Of a stretch of 64,000 nucleotides of DNA, positions 56,152 to 64,000 are shown one piece after another (position 1 is the first letter of the stretch; every line of letters begins with the position of its first letter). The notes below the pieces were generated by a model, which saw only the letters and a program-made list of their open reading frames with translations, did not search any database and was not told the DNA's origin. A program made the translations under genes and the position numbers. The DNA is from a virus, in IMG/VR virus record IMGVR_UViG_3300048014_000057, positions 1-64,000 of that record; one strand, 5' to 3'.

Positions 56152-58806
56152 TTAAAAAATATCGTCTAAAGTATATTGTTCTTCTGTTGTCCATCCTATA
56201 ATTTTACATAAATCCTTAAGAGGTTTATAAAAAACAGCCTCAAATTGCTTATCATAATCTATGTATTTTTCTATTTCGAATTCTTCTGGTAAATCATCCT
56301 TAGCAGAAATTATAGTATCATGAAAAGGATTTTCTGGAATAAGATAACAATATTTAACTTTATCCGAGTCATATATAGGCTCAATCTTACCTTCCAATCC
56401 ATATTTTACCAAGAGGTTGTTAAATATTAAAGAACCCCTAACTTGGGCAGGAGTACCCTTTTTATATATTAATTTAGGATCGGAATATTCTTTTAGATCA
56501 TTTACAGAAGAAGGTTTACCTATTTCATTAAATTTTAATTTTTTAAATTCTTTACTAAAATTTTCCACAAGTTTATATAATTTTTCATTATCCTTATTCA
56601 TGATAATATTAAAACATTCTTCAAGTTTTTTTCTTGGTATTAGAGGAGTATTGGAACGAACTGTTTCCATACCAGTTACTTTTAATTTTGGTTCCTTATA
56701 AAATACACCTTCATTATAGAGAACATTAAGAATATATCTTTTTTTTCTTTTAAATAAGGCTTTAGGACATATTTTTTCAAGTTTTACGACTGTATTTAAT
56801 TCATATACATTAAGTCTATCACCAAGTTCTTTACAAGTATTATTAATAAAAGGTATAATATCTTTTTCCATTTCCTTTATTAAGAAATTAAGAATATCTT
56901 TTTCATTACTTAAACCTGATTTAATTACACATTCTTTCATATTTAACATTACAGAATCAGTATCACCATAACAAGCATAATCAATGTTTTTAGTATCATA
57001 TTTTTTATTAAGATAATAATTAATTTTTTCTACAATAAACATAGTCGTCATTTGACCAGATGAAGTAATACTTTCCCCAAGATAAGAAGCAAACCACCTA
57101 TTAAAAGGATTTAATAAAGCCCCATAACCTCCATTAGCACAAACTTTCAATGCATTTTGCATATTATTATACTTATTATATAAATTTCTTTTTTCTTTAT
57201 TTTCAGGGTCTTTTTCATATTCTTTTTCAGCTTCAATCATTTTTTTCTTATATATTTTTCTATCATCAAAAAATTTCTTAGTCAAATATGGGAAAAATCC
57301 TCTTTTGTCTTTTCTATAAAGACAACCATTAGGTGTCATAGTAAAATTTTTCTTTTTTAATTGTTCTGTATATTTTGAAATATCTCCAAACATAATATCC
57401 TGAAAAGAAGGTACATTAGAAAATTTTTTCACAAATGTATCAGGAGAAATATTATATTGCATTGCAAGAGAAGGATATAGAGAAGTAAAATCGACAGTAA
57501 CAATCCATTCATAAATACCCGGAACAGGTTCTTTTACATAACCACCAACAACAGTTTTTTCAATATCAGAAACTTTAAGAGGAGGAATAACAATATTTTG
57601 ATCTATAAGATAATTATGGATCATTACATCCCAAGGTTTTACTGTTGTAAGAGCATCCTGAATATTAACTCTTTGAACATAGGCAATAGAAACCATTTGT
57701 TCAATATAATGTAATTTCTCTTCTAATTGTCCAAGTAAAAGAGAATCAAGTATATTATAGTCCGTATATTTCTCAAAATTATTTCTATATAGTTGATCTA
57801 AAGATTTATATTCGGAATAATCTAATTTTTTTCTACCCAATTCAATTTCGGCAATAGTGTTTAATTTGTAATTTTCCTTTTCCCCCATGGAAAATTTCTT
57901 ATAAACTACCATATAATCAAGATGAACTATACCACCAATATCATATGTCTTAAAATTTTTACCATTTTTCCATGTAACTTCTTTTTCGGTAATAAACCCA
58001 AATGGAGAAAGTTTAAGCGCCCATTCTTCTCCCAATAATAAATTTATTCTATTAATAATATAAGGAAGATCATAAAATTCTGAATTATAACCAGTAAGAA
58101 TATCAGGAGACCATTCCTCTGAATTCAAAATTTTAATAAATTTTCTTAGTAATTCCTTTTCATCCTTACATTTAAAATAAATTCTATCCTGATTTACATT
58201 TTTATAATCAAAATATCCTAAAGTAATACTCTTACCTTTTTGAGTAAGAGTAATTTCCGTTATTTCTTTGTTGGCTTTTTGTGGATCACCATATGATTCT
58301 TCTGGATTTCTAAAATAATCAGAATTTTTTACATTTATCCATTCATCTTTTTCTTCATCATATACTTCATAATCTTTATATTTTCTCATTTCATTAATAG
58401 TTACATAAAACTCTTGTTCTTTTTTAATTTTTACTATTTTATGTTCTGAGAATCTAGTCCTTGAAGTCTCAATATCAAATTCAACAACTTTTATTAAAGA
58501 ATAATCAAAATCAAAACCTTCCTTAAAATTATCATAAAGATATACATATTCATAATTTTGCATACCATAAATTTTATGACCAACTATATTTTCATGTTTT
58601 TTTACATAATTATAAGCATTATTAATAGAAGAAAAATCAATTCTTCTTACATTTTCTCCATGAATAGTTTTATATTCAGAATCTTCATTACAAGAAACAA
58701 AAAGATATGGTTCATATTTAATTTCCTTTTCATAGCGTTCTCCATCCTTATAACCTCTTAGGTATAAGATATCTCCACGCTTTTTAATGTAGGTATAAAA
58801 ATTCAT
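56152..58806 (-). CDS. gp43: DNA polymerase family B gp43
   Basis: FDIET, GYN...YD.PY, YNILD, DFTSLYPS, K...NG.YG, YGDTDS, K.TG.E..RS. Confidence 0.97.
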   Translation of the reverse strand: MNFYTYIKKRGDILYLRGYKDGERYEKEIKYEPYLFVSCNEDSEYKTIHGENVRRIDFSSINNAYNYVKKHENIVGHKIYGMQNYEYVYLYDNFKEGFDFDYSLIKVVEFDIETSRTRFSEHKIVKIKKEQEFYVTINEMRKYKDYEVYDEEKDEWINVKNSDYFRNPEESYGDPQKANKEITEITLTQKGKSITLGYFDYKNVNQDRIYFKCKDEKELLRKFIKILNSEEWSPDILTGYNSEFYDLPYIINRINLLLGEEWALKLSPFGFITEKEVTWKNGKNFKTYDIGGIVHLDYMVVYKKFSMGEKENYKLNTIAEIELGRKKLDYSEYKSLDQLYRNNFEKYTDYNILDSLLLGQLEEKLHYIEQMVSIAYVQRVNIQDALTTVKPWDVMIHNYLIDQNIVIPPLKVSDIEKTVVGGYVKEPVPGIYEWIVTVDFTSLYPSLAMQYNISPDTFVKKFSNVPSFQDIMFGDISKYTEQLKKKNFTMTPNGCLYRKDKRGFFPYLTKKFFDDRKIYKKKMIEAEKEYEKDPENKEKRNLYNKYNNMQNALKVCANGGYGALLNPFNRWFASYLGESITSSGQMTTMFIVEKINYYLNKKYDTKNIDYACYGDTDSVMLNMKECVIKSGLSNEKDILNFLIKEMEKDIIPFINNTCKELGDRLNVYELNTVVKLEKICPKALFKRKKRYILNVLYNEGVFYKEPKLKVTGMETVRSNTPLIPRKKLEECFNIIMNKDNEKLYKLVENFSKEFKKLKFNEIGKPSSVNDLKEYSDPKLIYKKGTPAQVRGSLIFNNLLVKYGLEGKIEPIYDSDKVKYCYLIPENPFHDTIISAKDDLPEEFEIEKYIDYDKQFEAVFYKPLKDLCKIIGWTTEEQYTLDDIF

Positions 58807-59331
58807 CTACAAACCTTTATATGGTAAATCTCTATAATCGTAACCCTTTTTATAGGCTTTTTTTATAGCCATATCAAATTTTAAACGTGATACAGAGGAC
58901 CAAAAAGGAATTCCATTTAAATGGTCCATTTCATGAAAAAATGTTCTGGCAGTAAGATTAGCAAATGTTTTGGTATAAATTTCTCCATCAGGGGCAGTAA
59001 ACCTTACTCTTACATGCCTTGGTCGTTTAATAGAAAAAATTAAATTGGAAAAAGAAAGACAACTTTCTTCTAATTCTATTATTTCTTCGGAAGGTTGTAC
59101 AATTTTTGGATTAATACAACAAAATGATTCCGGATCACCTTGCATACAAAAAACAGAATAATTTCCTTCTAAATCTAATTGATTGTAGGCTAATCCAATT
59201 CCCTTTTCTTTATACATAAAAGAAACCATGGATTCTGCTAAATCAACAATATCCATTGGAGGATTAGAAAAATCCCATTTCTCTGATTTTTGAAATAATT
59301 TTGTTTTATTTTTTGAATACTCTATTTTCAT
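58807..59331 (-). CDS. def: Peptide deformylase
   Basis: GIGLA.NQ, E.CLS, AR...HEMDHL.G. Confidence 0.92.
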   Translation of the reverse strand: MKIEYSKNKTKLFQKSEKWDFSNPPMDIVDLAESMVSFMYKEKGIGLAYNQLDLEGNYSVFCMQGDPESFCCINPKIVQPSEEIIELEESCLSFSNLIFSIKRPRHVRVRFTAPDGEIYTKTFANLTARTFFHEMDHLNGIPFWSSVSRLKFDMAIKKAYKKGYDYRDLPYKGL

Positions 59332-59462
59332 TTAATTCTCCTGTAATAAAAAAGGTAAGGAAAAGATTTCTCTCTATCCTTACCTTTTAGGAGCTATTAA
59401 CTAGCCTCCACCACTCTTTTTTTCTAACTCATAATATTTAAAGAAAAGAGAAACTTTAAATA

Positions 59463-59624
59463 TTAATTCCAATCATCATCACCATATTTACGAATATAGT
59501 CTTTATTTTTCTTTTTTTCTTTACGTTTACCTTTGACATCATCTTTTTTTAAATCTTCAATTTCTTCATAAGGATTTTTTGTTTTTTGTTTCTTTTCATA
59601 ATCTTCACGAGTCTTAAATGTCAT
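59463..59624 (-). CDS. Small basic protein (53 aa), not in ORF track
   Basis: MTFKTREDYEKK...DDDWN with AAGG RBS. Confidence 0.5.
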   Translation of the reverse strand: MTFKTREDYEKKQKTKNPYEEIEDLKKDDVKGKRKEKKKNKDYIRKYGDDDWN

Positions 59625-59633
59625 AACTTAACC

Positions 59634-59810
59634 TTAATTTTTTCCATATTGGGAATAAACCCCTCTTCTAAGAGAAATATCATAAGCCGTAGACTTAGGA
59701 ATTCCATATTGTCTTTGAATGTCACCAAAAGACAATGGATTTTTCTTTCTTGTCAATACTCTTACTACCAAATCATCACGCTTCTTTTTTGGATCAACTT
59801 TCTTACTCAT
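59634..59810 (-). CDS. Small HTH DNA-binding protein (58 aa), not in ORF track
   Basis: LSFGDIQRQYGIPKSTAYDI helix-turn-helix pattern. Confidence 0.65.
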   Translation of the reverse strand: MSKKVDPKKKRDDLVVRVLTRKKNPLSFGDIQRQYGIPKSTAYDISLRRGVYSQYGKN

Positions 59811-59813
59811 TTT

Positions 59814-60267
59814 TTAATTATATTCCTTTCTATTATAGAATGTATCTACTAAATTTTTAATATCTTTATCTGCATAATTATATTTTACTATACTAACACA
59901 ACTTTCAAGAAAATCAAGATAATCTTCCTTGGATAAATTATTTTCTAACATTTTTAAAAATGCTGTATATTCATCATTTATTATTTTTTCATTAACTTTT
60001 TTTATATCTTTTATATTAATTATTTGTGCTGACATTATCATTTTTCTTAAAAGTATCTATAGAAGAATTTATCGCATTTTTAAATTCTTCAAATGTTCTA
60101 GAATTTACCATAAAAAAATAAAATATAAAACCCATAAAAATATCTGTACTTTTTTCCAGAATACGAAAAAATTCAACATCACTATTGGCATCTGAAAAAT
60201 CAGAAATAGCTTCGCCAATATCATCAGAAAATTTTAAAGATGATTCTAAATTTATTTTATTTTCCAT
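59814..60267 (-). CDS. Two hypothetical proteins (59814-60041, 60016-60267)
   Basis: Co-oriented ORFs of 75 and 83 aa. Confidence 0.5.
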
Positions 60268-60776
60268 TTGTTTGATTTCCTACAGTTTCAATTATTGGTT
60301 TAGTTACGGATAAACTTTTAATCGAATTAAAAAAATTACATGCAGCAGATACATTTTCAAATATTCTAATTTTTTCCACTAAATATTGTCCATCCTTAAT
60401 AGTATATATTACTTTATTTTTTTGCATTTTAATACCCTTTCTATATTAAAAAAGGTATATTATCATATTTTTATTAGAATGTCAAATGAAATTCTAGAAT
60501 TTTCCTAAAATATAGAAACAAGAAAAAATTGCAATGAGTATAATATGAGAAAAAAACTTTTTTAAATTATTTCCTTCTAAGAAGGCAACAACAAAATGAT
60601 GACTAATTATAATACCAATAATACATAAAAAAATAAAAATAATAGTTTCTAGCATTTTTTATATCCTTTTTTTTATTATTTTTTTCTCTTTTAATAAATA
60701 ATGGAACAAAAAATAAAATGGTATTACCAGATAATATAGAAAAAATATATTAACAATGGATACAAATTTGGAAAAG

Positions 60777-61340
60777 TTAAATTTTAGAAATAATTTTGTC
60801 ACATAATTTTAATTTTATACATTCATGTGGGGAAAGCCATTTATCTTCTGGTGGTAATAATTTTTCTTCAATTTCTTTTTTAGATAAACCAGTTGCATTT
60901 TCATATATATTATAAATTCTTTTGGTAATTAATTTATGTTCTTTAGATGCTGCTTTTATCTCATAATCTTTACCCTCTGAACCACTAGACCATTGATGCG
61001 AAAGAATAGAAGCATTTTTAAATATATATCTATTACCTTTATTACCCGAAAGAAATAATATCAAACCACAAGAAGCTACCAAACCTGCACCATAGGTATA
61101 AATTGGAATAGGATAGGCATTCATTATATCTATCATGGCAAAACAATCAGAAATTATTCCACCAGGAGAATTTATTATAACTTTTAAATGATTTGGTTTT
61201 GGTTTTCCATTATCATAACAATTTTTTTCTATTATAAATCTTATAAAATATTCCGCCATATTTGAATCTACAATACCATTAAGAAAGCAAATTGAAGAAT
61301 CTTCAATAATATATTGATTTATATCCGCTAAAGTTACCAA
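60777..61340 (-). CDS. clpP: ClpP-family protease
   Basis: INSPGG, VASCG (catalytic Ser), HQ, D.WL...E.......D.I. Confidence 0.88.
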   Translation of the reverse strand: MVTLADINQYIIEDSSICFLNGIVDSNMAEYFIRFIIEKNCYDNGKPKPNHLKVIINSPGGIISDCFAMIDIMNAYPIPIYTYGAGLVASCGLILFLSGNKGNRYIFKNASILSHQWSSGSEGKDYEIKAASKEHKLITKRIYNIYENATGLSKKEIEEKLLPPEDKWLSPHECIKLKLCDKIISKI

Positions 61341-61351
61341 ACATTATCCTT

Positions 61352-61948
61352 TCATTGTTGTAATGGTCCTATTCTTATTTTTTCTGCCCCTATATAATGT
61401 TGGGTTATTGTTTCATCTCCTACTTTTATAACAATAGGTTCTATAGAAGTTTCAATAGGAGTAGGAGTAGGAATAGGAGTTGAATTTACCGATTCTGTAA
61501 CATTATTTACAGATGGTGTTATAGTAACGGGAACTATAGGAACTGTAGTAATTTCGACATTTGAAATAGATACATTATTCGTATTTAAATTAGAAACCAC
61601 CACATTAGAAGTCACGGTAGAAGTTACATTTGTAGTATTTGAAATACTATTTAAAAATTCTTCAAAATCAGAAAAAGTATTGGTAAATCCAGAAGATATT
61701 GTAGAAACAGTAGAAACTACATTTGCAGAATTAATAACCTGATTAGTTACATTTGCAATTGTAGATTCATGTTCTTTAATTTTTAAAAGAAGAGAATTTA
61801 TAAATGTTTTTGACCTAGAAACTAGGGCAGTAGCTCTATTTAATTCTTGTTCTAACACAGAAGGGTCAAACATTTTTTCTCCTTTTATTTTTTCTATTAT
61901 AAAATCTAATTTAGAATTTATGGATTCTATTTCTTTTATTATATTCAA
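61352..61948 (-). CDS. Hypothetical S/T/N/P-rich protein (probable start at MFDP, 61873)
   Basis: Low-complexity mucin-like stretch; GGAG RBS before the internal ATG. Confidence 0.55.
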   Translation of the reverse strand: MNIIKEIESINSKLDFIIEKIKGEKMFDPSVLEQELNRATALVSRSKTFINSLLLKIKEHESTIANVTNQVINSANVVSTVSTISSGFTNTFSDFEEFLNSISNTTNVTSTVTSNVVVSNLNTNNVSISNVEITTVPIVPVTITPSVNNVTESVNSTPIPTPTPIETSIEPIVIKVGDETITQHYIGAEKIRIGPLQQ

Positions 61949-61977
61949 AATCCATATACCTTCTATTATTTATTATT

Positions 61978-62277
61978 TTACAATTCTGTTTCTACTGTTT
62001 CTTGATTAACATTTCTAATTTTAAATTCAAGAATTGTACTATCAATTCTAAATGACAAAATAAAAAAATTTAAATCAATATAATATTGATTATTATTAGT
62101 TTGGTCACAAAAAATAAAAATAGTACCATTATAGTCTAATTTACTAACAAATTTTTTAAAATGGTCTCTTACTTTTTTTCTTGTTTCTTCGTTATTATTT
62201 TCAAGAAAAACATCATCTGGAAAATACGATTTTACCTCACTTTTGATAAGATTAATTACATTATTTTTATTTAACAA
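61978..62277 (-). CDS. Small protein resembling the tail-sheath C-terminal domain
   Basis: ENNNEETR..V......L......I.CDQTNN....ID.N mirrors gp18 DINDVFTQ...VICDATNNT..VDNN. Confidence 0.55.
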   Translation of the reverse strand: MLNKNNVINLIKSEVKSYFPDDVFLENNNEETRKKVRDHFKKFVSKLDYNGTIFIFCDQTNNNQYYIDLNFFILSFRIDSTILEFKIRNVNQETVETEL

Positions 62278-64000
62278 TTTTACTAAATCCTTTCTCTTTT
62301 TTAAATTCGATTATATTTTCTATTCTATCCTTATTTTTTTCATTATGAGAAATAATAAACACATTTTCATCCTTTGTCAATCTTTTTAAAATATTAAGGT
62401 AAGAATCTATTCCATCTGCATCCATACTACCATCAAGAGTTTCATCAAAAATAAGTAAATTTGTATCGAGTGAATTTCTTCTTTTTGCCACTTCTCTGAA
62501 AGTAAAGAGAAGTGCCAAATTAATTCTCATTTTTTCTCCTTGACTAAAAGACTGAAAAATATGTTCATCACGATATCTAGATTTTATAACTTCATTAAAA
62601 TTTTCATCTACTGTAAATTGACAAATAAAATCCATTTCAAGAAGAAATTTATTTATTAATTCATTAATCACTTCAATATATTGTTTAATAATAGAAGCCT
62701 TGACTCCATCATCTCGAAGAAGTTTAAGTAATATATTCATATTTTCTTTTTGAATTACTAAATTATCATAATTTTTAATATAATTTTCAAGAGAATTTTG
62801 TAATTGTAAAATTTCTTCTGTTTTATCTTCCACATTTTCATTTTTAAAAGAATTAATTTTTATTTTTAATTCATTAGCAAGAGAAGTAATATTTTTTAAT
62901 TCATATAAAATTAAATCAATTTTAGAATTAACTTCTTTCATGGATTTAATAGAATCATTAAATTTATCAATTTCTAATTCTAATTTATCATATGTTCTTT
63001 GGTATATTTTTACCTGATCTAAATTATGAGTATGTTGTATCCTTTTTTCTTGTATAATAATATCCTTAAAAGTTTCATCAATATTTTGATTACATACATT
63101 ACAAACACACGTATTTTCATAATAATACATTTCTTTTTCTAGTTTTTTATTTTCAAGTTTTAAATTATTAATATCACTTCCAAGTTTATAATAAAGTGAT
63201 TCTTTAGTTTTTAATTCATCTTCTATTTTAGAAGTATCAAATTTTTCTGGTATATTCTTCTTTTTTAACAAATATGATTTTCTGTATTCCTCTAATTTTT
63301 CTTCCATTTCTAAAATTTGTTTTTGATTATCTTCTTTTCTTTTTTTATTATATTCTTCCAATAATTTGATTCTATTTTTTAAAGTATTTTGTTCGGTTCT
63401 TAATTCATAGATATTTTTTTCATTATCTTGAATTCTTTTTTTAAGTATTAAATTCATAGAAGAAAATATTTCAAGATCAAGTAAATTTTCTACTATTTTT
63501 CTTCTATCTGGTAAAGGAAGTTCTAAAAAAGGAACATACGAAGCCGAACCCAAAACACAAACTTGACAAAATGCCTTATGATTAATATGAAGAATATTTT
63601 CTTCTAAATATTTTTGATAATCATCTTGGTTTGTATTATTCAATAATACATTATTTTTATATATTTCAAATTTATTAGGTTTTATACCTCTAATAATCTT
63701 ATAAAAATCTTGTCCTATGGTAAATTCTATTTCCACCAGACAATTTTTCTTTGTCATTGAATTAACCAAAAGAGATAAAGTTACTTTTCTAAATGGTTTT
63801 TTAAACAAACAAAAACAAAGAGCATCAAGACAAGTCGAATTATGAGTTACAACATAATTATCAGTTACATATAACTGAGAAGGATGATCAATAGAAATAC
63901 ATTTAACAATTTCTTTTTCAATTTTTTCAATTTTTTCAATTCTTAAACGTAAAGAATCTTTATATTGATAATTTTTACATCTTTCTTTTTTTCTAGATAA
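62267..64000 (-). CDS. gp46: gp46 (SbcC/Rad50-like) recombination ATPase, 5' part outside window
   Basis: ST.LDAL.F.LF.KPFR, CxxC hook, FSQGEK signature, FDE..D.S.D Walker B, ISH. Confidence 0.93.
   Translation of the reverse strand, partial: LSRKKERCKNYQYKDSLRLRIEKIEKIEKEIVKCISIDHPSQLYVTDNYVVTHNSTCLDALCFCLFKKPFRKVTLSLLVNSMTKKNCLVEIEFTIGQDFYKIIRGIKPNKFEIYKNNVLLNNTNQDDYQKYLEENILHINHKAFCQVCVLGSASYVPFLELPLPDRRKIVENLLDLEIFSSMNLILKKRIQDNEKNIYELRTEQNTLKNRIKLLEEYNKKRKEDNQKQILEMEEKLEEYRKSYLLKKKNIPEKFDTSKIEDELKTKESLYYKLGSDINNLKLENKKLEKEMYYYENTCVCNVCNQNIDETFKDIIIQEKRIQHTHNLDQVKIYQRTYDKLELEIDKFNDSIKSMKEVNSKIDLILYELKNITSLANELKIKINSFKNENVEDKTEEILQLQNSLENYIKNYDNLVIQKENMNILLKLLRDDGVKASIIKQYIEVINELINKFLLEMDFICQFTVDENFNEVIKSRYRDEHIFQSFSQGEKMRINLALLFTFREVAKRRNSLDTNLLIFDETLDGSMDADGIDSYLNILKRLTKDENVFIISHNEKNKDRIENIIEFKKEKGFSKIVK
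63839..64000 (-). mobile_element. C-terminal part of an intein in the gp46 Walker A motif
   Basis: ...VKCISIDHPSQLYVTDNYVVTHN|STCLDAL in frame with gp46. Confidence 0.88.

Noticed and set aside
3245-60195. Short antisense or nested ORFs in the track (e.g. 3245, 3554, 4090, 8876, 10290, 11796, 15158, 26576, 32935, 40782, 51961, 56417, 59586)
   Set aside because: They overlap well-supported genes on another frame or strand and lack RBS or motifs.
1-64000. Stop-codon recoding
   Set aside because: Core genes are intact in the standard code, and TAG/TGA end genes at expected positions (e.g. gp18 TAG, gp5 TGA).

Overview
A 64-kb, strongly AT-rich segment of a large T4-like myovirus genome, read in standard genetic code. 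The left half is the virion morphogenesis block: gp53, gp48, gp4, gp5-OB, gp16/gp17 terminase, gp18 sheath, gp19 tube, gp20 portal, head accessory proteins, gp21, gp22 and gp23. It carries three inteins and several GIY-YIG and Hef-like homing endonucleases, and three ADP-ribosyltransferase paralogues sit around the small terminase. The right half is minus-strand replication and accessory genes: gp46 (fourth intein, truncated by the window edge), ClpP, peptide deformylase, gp43, UvsX, GapR, RNase H, PhoH, SpeD, a glycosyltransferase, a kinase and a deaminase. A permuted two-piece tmRNA, GapR and DUF1127 point to an alphaproteobacterial host. The most unusual layer is non-coding: (i) a self-contained ~540-nt highly structured RNA transcription unit between terminase and sheath, (ii) a tRNA-Asn split by a 91-nt non-group-I intron, (iii) a tRNA lacking the whole anticodon arm, and (iv) the tmRNA with an atypical tag. 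Also notable are N-X-S/T-rich virion surfaces, near-cognate start codons, a frameshifted Tad2/DUF2829-like gene and repeat-bounded in-frame cassettes. All family calls are from motif recognition, not database searches.
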